Shown here one piece after another: positions 8,168 through 17,439 of a stretch of 43,958 bases of DNA. Location: contig JALOQD010000029.1 of assembly GCA_025453525.1 (NCBI GenBank), positions 1 to 43,958 of the forward strand. The letters are read 5' to 3'. The notes beneath the pieces are model-generated. The model made no database searches, was not told the DNA's origin, and worked only from the letters and a program-made list of their open reading frames with translations. Both the position numbers and the translations under genes were made by a program. Positions within the stretch are counted from its first letter, which is position 1. Each line of letters begins with the position of its first letter. The DNA comes from Myxococcota bacterium. Lineage in GTDB: Bacteria > Myxococcota_A > Polyangia > JAAYKL01.

Positions 8168-9511
8168 TCATTGGGGCTGTTTCTGAGGCAGACGCCTGCC
8201 AATGACCGACACGACGGTGATCCAAACGATCGCCAGCGCTGAATTGAACACCGCAAAGGCACTGATGCCCAGTCCAAGGCAGGCGGAGAACCCGAAGACC
8301 GCCAGGCCGCTCACCGCGTCGCCGGTGCGCCAAAAACACGTGTCGATGGCCGACTTGGCCTTGTACTTTTCCTCGCGGCTAACGCCGAGATAGAGCATCT
8401 CCCGCGCGGTGTTGCTCACGGAGTAGTCCACGGCGTTCTCGGCGATTTTGAGCACCCGCAAGATCGGCAGAATCGGCGCGATGGCGATGAGCGCGTAGCT
8501 CGCAAGACCCAAGATGGGCGCGAGCATCAGCGGCACGCTCAGCCTGAATCGCCGCACGAGCCATGGAACGAGAAACACCTGGAAGACCAGCACCAGCGTA
8601 TTTACCCAGAAATAAAAACGGGCGTAGAACGCGCCGATGAGCTCAGCCGCGGTCGCGCCTCCGGCTTGGCCTTTTGCCACGAGGGACAGGGCGTTTTCCG
8701 ACACGAGCCGGCCGAGCATGTATTCCGAGGTGGTATTGACCACATTGATGACGAGCACGAGCATGGCGATGAGAGTCAGCGTTCGGTTGCGCATCACGAG
8801 GCTCAAGCCGCCGCCCAACCTGCGAAAGGAAGACTCCGAGGATGTCGGCGCGCCAAGCCCATCATCCCTGGAGCGCGGGGAGACGAACCAGAGGATCACG
8901 GCGCCGATGACGAGCAGCAGGGCCGCGCCGCCCATGGCCAGGGCTGGCCCCTTTCCCTTGGTCAGTCCACTGACCACCGCGGAGCCGAAGACCGCCCCAG
9001 ACGACGCTCCAAAGGCCACGAGGGGAAAGGCGCGCTTGCCCTGGTCCGGGCTGTGCAAGTCGTTGCACAAGCTCCAGGTGGAAGAGATGGACAGCACATT
9101 GAACATGCCCACCCACAGGAAGAACACCACGCCGAGCCACGGAGCGCTCGTACCCGACACCCATGCGAACACCACGAGGTTCGAGGCGAGAAAAAGGTAG
9201 ACAGCGACCAGTAACTTGCGACCCGCGATACGCCGCGACAGCTCAGAGTAGGCCGGGACCAGGGCCACGAACAGCAAGGCTTGCAGACCGCCGGCATAGC
9301 TTTTCAGCTCCGCGCCTCCTGGGTGGGCCAAAATCAGGCTCTCGCGCAGGGGCTTGACAGCGAAATAGGCCGTAAACAGCAAGAAAAAGTTGAGCGCAAG
9401 CAAGCTGGCCTGGGCCAGCGCAGGCGCGTTGAGCCCGTCCAAGATCGGCAAGAGATGGGACCACGGGGCAGGTCGTCCATCGGGACGATCGTTCTCCGGG
9501 GCGTCCTTCAT
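8168..9511 (-). CDS. Npt1/Npt2 (TLC, ATP:ADP antiporter)-like MFS-type transporter
   Basis: 447 aa with about 11-12 TM segments. The N-terminal signature ALNFFLLFTAYFAVKPLRESLIL matches what I recall for the TLC/Npt family. Substrate is unknown. Confidence 0.6.
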   Translation of the reverse strand: MKDAPENDRPDGRPAPWSHLLPILDGLNAPALAQASLLALNFFLLFTAYFAVKPLRESLILAHPGGAELKSYAGGLQALLFVALVPAYSELSRRIAGRKLLVAVYLFLASNLVVFAWVSGTSAPWLGVVFFLWVGMFNVLSISSTWSLCNDLHSPDQGKRAFPLVAFGASSGAVFGSAVVSGLTKGKGPALAMGGAALLLVIGAVILWFVSPRSRDDGLGAPTSSESSFRRLGGGLSLVMRNRTLTLIAMLVLVINVVNTTSEYMLGRLVSENALSLVAKGQAGGATAAELIGAFYARFYFWVNTLVLVFQVFLVPWLVRRFRLSVPLMLAPILGLASYALIAIAPILPILRVLKIAENAVDYSVSNTAREMLYLGVSREEKYKAKSAIDTCFWRTGDAVSGLAVFGFSACLGLGISAFAVFNSALAIVWITVVSVIGRRLPQKQPQ

Positions 9512-9544
9512 GGACCTTCGCTATCAAGGAAATCCGTCACGAAG

Positions 9545-10846
9545 TCACTTTACGGGGCCTGCCTGGGGATTCCCATTTTTCTTCACTCCTGCAGAGCCCG
9601 CCGAAGAGGAGAGCTGCGCGACATCATGGCCGCTCGGCTGCTGGAACAGGCGCAGATCGAACTTGGGCGCAATGGTCATGACGTGGTCGAAGACATCTGC
9701 CTGGATGGCCTCGTATTGAGCCCACTGGGATGTCGAAGTGAAGGCGTAGATTTCCAAGGGCAGACCATCGGGTCCTGGCTCGCGGTGGCGCACCATGAGG
9801 GTCATGCCCTGGTGAATCCCGGGATGGGCACGGAGATAGGCCTCGATGTACGCTCGGAAGGTGCCGATGTTGGTCATGGCTCGACCGTTGCCCTCTGTGG
9901 CCTTGTTCTGCACATGAGCTTCGTTGTGAAGAGCGATCTCCTGGCGCCTGCTTCGCACGTACTCGCCAATGAGGTCCATCCCCTCGAGGCGATCGAGTTG
10001 GTCCTTTTTCAAGAACGCGAAGCTCGTGGAATCGAGAAGCAGGGCTCGCTTGATGCGGCGACCGCCCGAAGCGGTCATGCCGCGCCAGTTCTTGAAGGAG
10101 TCTGAGACGAGGGCATACGACGGGATGGTGGTGATGGTCTTGTCCCAGTTCTGCACCTTGACCGTGTGCAGCGAGATATCGATCACTTCGCCGTCCGCGC
10201 CGTACTTGGGCATCTCGATCCAATCGCCGATGGCCACCATGTTGTTGACCGTCAGTTGCATGCCAGCCACAAAACCCAGGAGCGTGTCCTTGAACACGAT
10301 GAGCAGCACGGCGGTCAGCGCGCCCATTCCCGACAACAGCAGCCAAGGCGAGCGATTGAGAATCACGGCCAGGCTGAGCACCATGGCAAACCCGACGAGA
10401 ATGATCTTGACGACGCCGGCAATCCCCTTGATGGGCCTGTGCCTCGAGACCGGATAGGTCTGGTAGATGTCGATCCCCGCGTCGATGGCCGACAGGAGCG
10501 CCAGCAATCCAATGATGAGAAGATAAACCACGGCGATTCGCTCGGTCAGCGCGTCGATGGGCGGCAAGAGCTTGGCGCAGAAAAAGAGCAGAAGGGCAGG
10601 GCCCAGGTGCGAAAGGCGTCGAAACAGCCTTCGCTCCATCAGGGCATCGTCCCATTTGGTTTTGGTGCGTCGGACAAAGGCCATGATGATCCGCACCACC
10701 AGGCCGCTCAGCAGGCCGTAAGCGGCCAGCATCAGGAGCACGAGCCCGAGGATCACAACGACCCAAGAACCCACTGCGGCAAGGCTCTCCGACACATGGG
10801 CTGCCTGGGCAAGCCACTGCTCTGTCCACTGCACGGGTGTGTGCAT
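9545..10846 (-). CDS. mechanosensitive ion channel family protein (MscS-like)
   Basis: TM helices are followed by the MscS beta-domain pattern IGDWIEMPKYGADGEVIDISLHTVKVQNWDKTITTIPSYALVSDSFKNW. GGAGG lies ~8 nt upstream of the ATG at 10846 (MHTPVQW...). The track start at 10897 is upstream of that RBS. Confidence 0.8.
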   Translation of the reverse strand: MHTPVQWTEQWLAQAAHVSESLAAVGSWVVVILGLVLLMLAAYGLLSGLVVRIIMAFVRRTKTKWDDALMERRLFRRLSHLGPALLLFFCAKLLPPIDALTERIAVVYLLIIGLLALLSAIDAGIDIYQTYPVSRHRPIKGIAGVVKIILVGFAMVLSLAVILNRSPWLLLSGMGALTAVLLIVFKDTLLGFVAGMQLTVNNMVAIGDWIEMPKYGADGEVIDISLHTVKVQNWDKTITTIPSYALVSDSFKNWRGMTASGGRRIKRALLLDSTSFAFLKKDQLDRLEGMDLIGEYVRSRRQEIALHNEAHVQNKATEGNGRAMTNIGTFRAYIEAYLRAHPGIHQGMTLMVRHREPGPDGLPLEIYAFTSTSQWAQYEAIQADVFDHVMTIAPKFDLRLFQQPSGHDVAQLSSSAGSAGVKKNGNPQAGPVK

Positions 10847-10971
10847 CTTGCATAACCTCCATTCGATGGGGCCCAGCCTATCACGCGACAGGGGCATGAT
10901 GATTTTTATTTCGGAACAAGAAGGTTAGCAACGACTTGAGGGCTGTGTACGTCTTTAAATTGAGCCAAGGG

Positions 10972-11000
10972 GTGACACGCTGCACCATGGTGTGTATCAT
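10972..11000 (+). promoter_or_regulatory. candidate sigma70-type promoter for the 11033 gene
   Basis: GTGACA (10972-10977), a 17-nt spacer, then TATCAT (10995-11000). This sits ~30 nt upstream of the AAGGAGAG RBS and ATG. It is a pattern match only. Confidence 0.3.
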
Positions 11001-11032
11001 CCTCGGACCATTTTAAAAAAAGGAGAGCAATA

Positions 11033-11608
11033 ATGCGACACTGGCTATCATTGGGAGCGTTTGTATTCGTGGCGAGCATGGCTGGAATGGCCTCGGCCGC
11101 GCAATGTGAGGGCGTGTCCATGCCCGACACAGTCGAGGTCGAGGGCAGCAAGCTCGTGCTCAACGGCCTGGGAATTCGAGAGGCGACCGTCCTCCAAGTC
11201 GACGTTTATGTCGCTGGCTTGTACCTTCCGGCCAAGACGAGCGACGGAGGCAAGGCAGCGAGCGACGACGTGGCCAAGCGCCTCGTGCTCAAATTCGTGC
11301 GCGAGGTGAGCGCAGCGGATGTGGCCAAGGCCTGGAGCGAGGGTTTCGAGAAGAATGCAGGAGCCGGCAAGAAAGCCTTCGACGACCGGATCAAGAAGCT
11401 GAACGGTTGGATGAGCGACCTGAAGGTTGGCGATCAGGCGATCTTCACCTACCTACCGGGCAAGGGCATCGAGGTCTCGGTCAAGGGCAAGGTCAAGGGC
11501 ATCGTCGAAGGCGTGGATTTCATGAAGGTGTTCTACTCGATTTGGCTCGGCAAGAGCCCTCCCAATCCCGGCCTCAAAAGCGGTCTGCTCGGCGGCAAGT
11601 GCGGCTGA
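11033..11608 (+). CDS. chalcone isomerase-like family protein (secreted)
   Basis: Signal peptide MRHWLSLGAFVFVASMAGMASA. The motif KLVLNGLGIREATVLQVDVYVAGLYL is typical of bacterial chalcone-isomerase-like (fatty-acid-binding type) proteins. Confidence 0.7.
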   Translation: MRHWLSLGAFVFVASMAGMASAAQCEGVSMPDTVEVEGSKLVLNGLGIREATVLQVDVYVAGLYLPAKTSDGGKAASDDVAKRLVLKFVREVSAADVAKAWSEGFEKNAGAGKKAFDDRIKKLNGWMSDLKVGDQAIFTYLPGKGIEVSVKGKVKGIVEGVDFMKVFYSIWLGKSPPNPGLKSGLLGGKCG

Positions 11609-12145
11609 TTATCGCAAGAAGCTCTTCGGCTTGCTCCGCGTATCGCGCATCTTGTCTCCTTCGCCCTCGGAGGTCACGGCCGCATACAACGTGGAGATGT
11701 CCTGGCTGGCCTTGTGGAGGAGCGACGCGATGCGGCTTGCGATCTCTCGAGTGATGAGAAGCCCGATGCGGGGCTGATCGTCGCCCAAGTTTTTAAAATC
11801 GTCTTTCGTCATGACAAAGCACTCGCACGGCGTTTCAGCGATGGCCGAGGCACTGCGCTTGCCGGATTCCACCAGCGCCGCTTCTCCAAAAAAGGAATGC
11901 TGGCCTTCGTCGAGATGAACCACGGAGTACATTCCGCCAGTGTCCGTGCGCTTTTGAACCTTCACCTGACCGTGGTGGAGCACATAGAGCTCGTCGCCGC
12001 TGTCGCCTTCGTTGTAGATGACCTCCCCGGCCTCGAAGTGACGCGGTGTCAGGATGGCGAGGAGCGCGCTGACCGCGCCGGGAACGGCCGCGGCCTTGGT
12101 GAAGATCGCGATCTTGGGGATTCGCTGCTGCAGGGTCAGACTCAT
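11609..12145 (-). CDS. cyclic nucleotide-binding domain protein
   Basis: cNMP-binding cassette GEVIYNEGDSGDELYVLHHGQVKV...FFGEAALV...KRSASAIA. AAGGAG lies 8 nt upstream of the ATG at 12145; the track GTG start at 12154 overlaps that SD. Its stop codon abuts the stop of the convergent gene (11608/11609). Confidence 0.75.
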   Translation of the reverse strand: MSLTLQQRIPKIAIFTKAAAVPGAVSALLAILTPRHFEAGEVIYNEGDSGDELYVLHHGQVKVQKRTDTGGMYSVVHLDEGQHSFFGEAALVESGKRSASAIAETPCECFVMTKDDFKNLGDDQPRIGLLITREIASRIASLLHKASQDISTLYAAVTSEGEGDKMRDTRSKPKSFLR

Positions 12146-12254
12146 AAAGGCCACTCCTTAATAAAAGGTTGCCAGGGAGGCTTTTTGCCTTTTCGCAAAT
12201 GGGAACCCCACTAATCTACTCCGTCATTGGCAGAGGCTCAACTCGCGAGCATCT

Positions 12255-14651
12255 TTACAGGCTTTCTCGACTCTGCTCGGCGATGGGCAAAACCTGGACC
12301 GACACAGAGAGATCGCGTTCGGATCTCACATGAGTGAAGGCTCCGTAGATATTCGGCATCTCAGCGGCGGGCCGCCATTCCACGAGCGCAACCTCGGCGA
12401 GGTCGAGTGTGGCCTCGCCCTGACTTGGCCGCTCCAAAACGAAATAGAGCATCACCATGTTGATGGCGTCGCGGTGCTCGGCCGGCAGCTCAATGGGCAC
12501 CTCGATGGTGGTCCAGGTCGGACCAAGGGCCGAAAGCGGCAGCTCGACGCGGCCAAGGGAAACAGAGCCCGCCGAAGCCGTGAGATCGGTGCTGTCGAAG
12601 TCTGAAAAATCGAGCCGTACGCGAGCTTGCTCACCTTCGGTTGCACGCCCCGTGATCATGAGGCTGTAGGAGGGCAATGGATCGAGCGGTTCGACGCCTT
12701 GGGGTTCCTTTAAACCGTAGAGCCGGTGCCGCGGCAGCTCCATCCTGGCCACGGGTCTGGACATCACCGAGGATTCGTTGCGGTCATCGCGGTAGAGTTC
12801 TAGATAGGTTTGGCCTTGCTCGACCAGGAGCTTCTCGTCTTCGCTGTCGAGGTTCCAGTGCAAGGCCCGCGGCGGGGTGTCGGTGGCGACGACATTGTCG
12901 AACGTGCCATAGCCTAAAAGGTCCCGTCCGAGCCAGACGCCCTCGAGCTCCCATGGCTCGAGACCCAGATGCGTGGGCCACAAGGCCCTTTCCGCTAGTG
13001 CGGTTGTCTGCCCCGCGGGAATGGACAGCTGCCGATCTTCGACGCGCGGCTCTTTTAGGACGCGCGCGGTTCCCCACTCCTGCCAAAGCCCAGTAGAAGG
13101 TGGACCTGCCGTGGGTGACAGCGGTACGACCTTGTCGGTCACAGGATCTCGATAGGAGCGCCAGCCGTCCATCGAGCTTTCCATCTGGCGCAGCCACACG
13201 CGAGCGGCAGCCGCATCCGTAAGCGGCAACGGACGGAAGTTGGAGATGGTCAAGGGGATGAAGCGTGCTTCGAGGATCTTTCCATCCTCGAGCACCACTC
13301 TGAGCATGGCGCTGTCAAAGGTGGCGAGAAGTGCTTGATCGAAGACCAGGTTTCCCAGGCTGTGCGCGATGAGGCCGCCTCTGTACCACTCCATGCCCTG
13401 GAGTACATGGGGATGATGGGCCACCACGAGGGTTGCGCCGGCGTCGATGGCCGCATAAGCGATCGTGCGGACATCATCGGCGACAATGTGCGAGAGCTCG
13501 TCGCCGGAGTGCAGCAGGACGATGGTCGCATCGCACTTGTCCGCTAGGGCCCGCACCGCTGCCGGCGAGCTCGCGTTAGACCACAGTGCCGCGCCTCCAT
13601 GACCTCGCCGCGCCACCAAGTCCTGGAGCTCGGGGTAAACCTCACTCAAGGCGGTCCATGCGGTAGAACGCGATTCCTGGCTCAGGCTGGATTCGGCGTC
13701 TTTGTACAAGGTCCAGGCTTCTCCTGGGCGCCGGTCGTCCACGGGAACGCTCCAATCGTCGAGCTCAATCCCAAAGGAGCGCGCTTCGTACATCCAAGTC
13801 CTGTCATCTGCGAGATCTGCAGGCGGGGTGTCTCCAGGGCCTGGCAGGGCGTCGTTGACTGAGTTCCCGGTGAGGGAAGTGTAGCCCAGAATGCCAAGCG
13901 TCAGCTCACCGATCCGCAGCTCGAGAGGCTCGTTTGCCTGCTCCTGCGTCATTCCCGCCCCCACGGCCCGTAACCCAGCGGCCTCCACGGCAAAGAGAGT
14001 GTCCTCGATGCCGGCGTCGAGCCAGTCGCGAAGGTGATTGTTGGCTAAAGTCACCACGTCCACGCCCATGAAAGGCAGGGCCTCGAGAGCCTCGGGCGGG
14101 CTGCGCAGCAAATAGCGTTTGCCTGGATACGCCAACGTGTCGGCGAGTCGGCTGACCACGGTTTCCAAGTTCACGATGCCAAGGTCCGAGGCGGTGAACG
14201 CTTCGGCGAGATCCGAAACGACCAGCCGAGCGCCCTGGGCTTCGGCGCCCACCTCGAGCAGGGGTTCGCCTTCGCTCGGGTCGAGAAAGCGCCTGCCGAA
14301 CATGACGTCTCCGCCGAGGTGCAGGACCACGCGCCTTCCGCCGAGATCCCGCAGCAGTCGAACGGACTGGGTCGTTTGGCCGCTGGCCCAGCCCAAAAGA
14401 GCGACCTCTTCCAGAAATCCAGGCGCGCTGATGCGCAGGACGGACGGGCGAGAAAGGACCAAGCGCGCGCGCCCCTTTTTGTCGCAGGTTTGGGCTCGGC
14501 CGAGGAAGGCCACCGTGGCGTTTGAAACGCTGGCCCCGTCCTCATCGACGACCTGCAGGAGAATGGAAATGCCGCCCTGGGGCTCGGCTTTCTCGCCTTG
14601 ACAGCCAGAAAGGCCGACCAGAACAAAGACCATGAATGAAAAAGATTTCAT
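12255..14651 (-). CDS. CapA/PGA_cap-family metallophosphatase-like lipoprotein with a long C-terminal extension
   Basis: Signal peptide and lipobox MKSFSFMVFVLVGLSGC. CapA-type motifs are ANNHLRDW, VVAHHPHVLQG and GNLVFDQ. I do not recognise the ~350-aa C-terminal region. Confidence 0.7.
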   Translation of the reverse strand: MKSFSFMVFVLVGLSGCQGEKAEPQGGISILLQVVDEDGASVSNATVAFLGRAQTCDKKGRARLVLSRPSVLRISAPGFLEEVALLGWASGQTTQSVRLLRDLGGRRVVLHLGGDVMFGRRFLDPSEGEPLLEVGAEAQGARLVVSDLAEAFTASDLGIVNLETVVSRLADTLAYPGKRYLLRSPPEALEALPFMGVDVVTLANNHLRDWLDAGIEDTLFAVEAAGLRAVGAGMTQEQANEPLELRIGELTLGILGYTSLTGNSVNDALPGPGDTPPADLADDRTWMYEARSFGIELDDWSVPVDDRRPGEAWTLYKDAESSLSQESRSTAWTALSEVYPELQDLVARRGHGGAALWSNASSPAAVRALADKCDATIVLLHSGDELSHIVADDVRTIAYAAIDAGATLVVAHHPHVLQGMEWYRGGLIAHSLGNLVFDQALLATFDSAMLRVVLEDGKILEARFIPLTISNFRPLPLTDAAAARVWLRQMESSMDGWRSYRDPVTDKVVPLSPTAGPPSTGLWQEWGTARVLKEPRVEDRQLSIPAGQTTALAERALWPTHLGLEPWELEGVWLGRDLLGYGTFDNVVATDTPPRALHWNLDSEDEKLLVEQGQTYLELYRDDRNESSVMSRPVARMELPRHRLYGLKEPQGVEPLDPLPSYSLMITGRATEGEQARVRLDFSDFDSTDLTASAGSVSLGRVELPLSALGPTWTTIEVPIELPAEHRDAINMVMLYFVLERPSQGEATLDLAEVALVEWRPAAEMPNIYGAFTHVRSERDLSVSVQVLPIAEQSRESL

Positions 14652-15028
14652 TTAAAGGCCTCGTGGGTTTTGGAGTCGCCCACTCTGGAGTTTAGCCACG
14701 ACAGCGCCCTCGGCACCTCTCCCTCGATGAATTGAATAAAAAGACGATGAAGTGTGATTATCGGAGAGGGTTTATTTGTCTCCGAAAGAGCTGAATAGCG
14801 GTTTCGAAGCACAAAGAGGAGAATCGTCGCAGTCATCGGCAATCGAGTATTCCAGAATAACTGTAATCTTCCCGGCATGCTGTTAAATACACTGATTTAA
14901 TGACAAAATTGATTTTCCGCCGTCCTTTTTTCCTTGCGACGCCTTCTCTCGGATGATAAGAAAGTCATCGTTAAACCGTCAGGACCATTTTCATGAAGCA
15001 ACAGTCACACAAAAAGGGAGGAGATCAA

Positions 15029-17113
15029 ATGAAGAGGAGTTTATTGGTTTTGTCTGCAATAGTATGCACTTTGGGCGGTGCGAATGCGGTGCAGGCACAG
15101 GTGATCTGCAAGAACATCGGCTACCCTGGCGGGTCTGCGGCCTGTCGTACCTACGCTGGAAGCGGCTGGACCCAAGCGACGGTCATGTCCGATTGCGCCG
15201 TGATCCCCGGTGGCACTGCGGGCACCCCGGCCTTTGGTGAGAGCTGCGCGGCGCCGGTTGTCGGCACTTGCATCACGGGCGCTGGCACGCCGACCGAAGC
15301 TCGCACCGCTTTCCTCTCTGGACCTGCGGAAATGCTTTCCTCTTACTGCGTGGGTGGTATGGCCGGCATCTGGGTCCTGCCCATCGCCGGTAGCTGCAAC
15401 CACGGCCTGGTGTTTGGCCCTCCGGGAACCCCGGCGATGAACGTCTGCACGCAGTACAGCGGCTCGAATTGGACAGGCACCTCGGCGCAGAACAACTGTG
15501 CGAGCGCTCCCAAGAACGGCACTTATAGCGCCTCGGCTTGCACCACCTCGACCATCGGTTTCTGCACCCTCGGTCAGGGCACGGCTGAAGAGAGCGCCAT
15601 TCACTTCTATCAGGGCAACGCCAGCCAGCTCAAGGGCGGCTGCGAGACCCCTCCGCCGTACGGCTTTGGCGGCGTTTGGACCGGAGCCGTTGTCGGCCCG
15701 ACGCTCGATCCCGCCGTCGTCACCGCGCTCCAAAGTGACGCGACGGTCACCGTCTCCCCGGCCAATTGCGTCACCGACGCGTGCATGGGCCAGCTGTATG
15801 GGGCCAACGGAGGCAAGGGCGCGGCGATCTTCTTCGAGCCAGCCGACGGCAGCGCCACCAAGGGCCTCATCCTCTACCCCGGCGGCATGGTCGAGCCACG
15901 CGCCTATGCTGTCGCGGCCCACGCGATTGCCGCCATGGGCTACGCGGTCGCGCTGGTTCCCTTCCCGAACAAGCTCGCCATCACCGATCCGATGCGCGGT
16001 ATGACCGCCGCCCTTCTCGCCCGCCCGTGGATCAACCAGTGGGCCATCGCCGGTCACTCCCTCGGCGGCGTCTCGGCCGCCCTCCTGGCTCAGGCCAACC
16101 CCATGGGCAACATCCAGGGACTCGCCATGTGGGCCTCTTACCCGGCTATCGGCAGCGAGATGCCAAGCGGCCAGCCCTGCGATCTGTCAGCCACTGGTCT
16201 TAAGGCCATTTCGATCATCGGAACCGAAGACGGCGGCATGGATTGGGAGCAGTACGAGGCTCGCAAGGCACTCATGCCCGCAGCGACCTATTACCTGAGC
16301 ATGCGCGGCGCCAACCACGCCCAGTTCGGCTATTACGGCAACCAGAACGGCGACAAGCCGGCCCTCATCAGCCGCGAGTCCCAGCACGAGCTCTTCGTCG
16401 GCGCCACGGCGCATCTCATGGCCCGCCTCGGTGTAGAGGCACAGGACGATGTCATCGATCCTATCTACGAAGTGCTGGATGATTACACCGACTACATTTG
16501 CGCCAACGCTCAAGTCGACCTTGCCAAATTCAAACCGTGGGATCTCAACACCCAGGATATCGTGAATGAGACCATCCCCTCGCGAGTCGACTTCGGAGCC
16601 GCAAAGCCCGGCTTCCCGACCGACGGTTCTGGTCTCGTGTCGGTCAAGACCTATGTCCATCAAGTCGCCAACCCCGATGACATCTCCTCCCCACCGATCC
16701 TCGACGGAGAGGTGTGGTGCAAGATGAAAACCCAAGAAGCGATCAAGGCCCAGTACGGCTTCAAGACCAAGCGCACAGAAGGCGACTGCGCCGACCTCAA
16801 CAAGCTTCTGTACAACCTGCTGCGCCTCGAGACAGCGCTCAAGGATCCTGAACTGGCCTTCCTCTACCTGTGGTCCGGCACCCAGGTCGACTTCGTCGAG
16901 GACTTCGCCGCCACCATGGGCCCTGAGTGGCTCAGCCACAACGTCGTCATCGCCCAGGGCACCGACGAGTACACGCACACGGTCCAGGCCTCCAAGCTGC
17001 GCACCGCCATGGAGCCAGGTTCCCCCTACGCTGGCAACTACTACTGCAAGCTCTGGGACTCCCAGACGATCGCCAAGTTCATCGTGAACCACGCCGACCC
17101 CATCGAGTTCTAG
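15029..17113 (+). CDS. secreted protein: duplicated Cys-rich N-terminal module + alpha/beta-hydrolase domain
   Basis: GGGAGGAG lies upstream of the ATG at 15029. The signal peptide is MKRSLLVLSAIVCTLGGANAVQA. Two ~95-aa Cys-rich modules share the pattern C-x2-Y-[AS]-GS-x-WT...C...G-x-C-x2-G-x-GT-x-E...C...G-x-W. A hydrolase core with nucleophile elbow AGHSLGG follows. Confidence 0.7.
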   Translation: MKRSLLVLSAIVCTLGGANAVQAQVICKNIGYPGGSAACRTYAGSGWTQATVMSDCAVIPGGTAGTPAFGESCAAPVVGTCITGAGTPTEARTAFLSGPAEMLSSYCVGGMAGIWVLPIAGSCNHGLVFGPPGTPAMNVCTQYSGSNWTGTSAQNNCASAPKNGTYSASACTTSTIGFCTLGQGTAEESAIHFYQGNASQLKGGCETPPPYGFGGVWTGAVVGPTLDPAVVTALQSDATVTVSPANCVTDACMGQLYGANGGKGAAIFFEPADGSATKGLILYPGGMVEPRAYAVAAHAIAAMGYAVALVPFPNKLAITDPMRGMTAALLARPWINQWAIAGHSLGGVSAALLAQANPMGNIQGLAMWASYPAIGSEMPSGQPCDLSATGLKAISIIGTEDGGMDWEQYEARKALMPAATYYLSMRGANHAQFGYYGNQNGDKPALISRESQHELFVGATAHLMARLGVEAQDDVIDPIYEVLDDYTDYICANAQVDLAKFKPWDLNTQDIVNETIPSRVDFGAAKPGFPTDGSGLVSVKTYVHQVANPDDISSPPILDGEVWCKMKTQEAIKAQYGFKTKRTEGDCADLNKLLYNLLRLETALKDPELAFLYLWSGTQVDFVEDFAATMGPEWLSHNVVIAQGTDEYTHTVQASKLRTAMEPGSPYAGNYYCKLWDSQTIAKFIVNHADPIEF

Positions 17114-17121
17114 TCGCATCG

Positions 17122-17155
17122 AGCCTCGCGTCGTGATAGGCGCGAGGCTTTTTTC
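17122..17155 (+). terminator. rho-independent terminator
   Basis: Stem AGCCTCGCG (17122-17130), a 10-nt loop, stem CGCGAGGCT (17141-17149), then TTTTTT. It begins 9 nt after the stop codon at 17111-17113. Confidence 0.7.
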
Positions 17156-17234
17156 CCCGCCCTTAATTCGTTTTCCTTGTTGGTAGACAACAACGACCTG
17201 CCCCAAAGCCGGAATTTGGCGTTCCCTTGAGGAC

Positions 17235-17296
17235 CGAGGACTGTTTGAGTCGTTTCATTCCATGTCTGAGTTCCGCAGGTTCGAAAGGGAATGCCA
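17235..17296 (+). repeat. conserved non-coding element, copy 1 (paralogous to 19193-19271)
   Basis: CGAGGACTGTTTGAGTCGT...CATTCC ATGTCTGAGTTCCGCAGG...GGAATGCCA. The blocks are shared with the second copy in the same order and orientation. It lies ~145 nt upstream of the Rieske gene. Confidence 0.55.
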
Positions 17297-17439
17297 GATT
17301 CTGGCGCACAACGTCAGACGGTATTGTGGCAAAGGCTTGGCGAGATTTTAGCCAACTCGTCTTCGGGTTTCAGATCATCCGAGAGTTTGAGCTGCGACCG
17401 TAGCCATGTCGAAGACGGACAAGACACAAGGAGAGCAAC

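Noticed and set aside
7380-8339. 319-aa minus-strand ORF
   Set aside because: It is antisense to the secreted beta-rich protein gene and crosses two gene boundaries. Its composition is R/G/A-rich.
15041-17206. 338-aa and 339-aa minus-strand ORFs (15041..16057, 16187..17206)
   Set aside because: They are antisense shadows of the secreted hydrolase gene, with G/R/A/D-rich low-information sequence and no RBS or motif.
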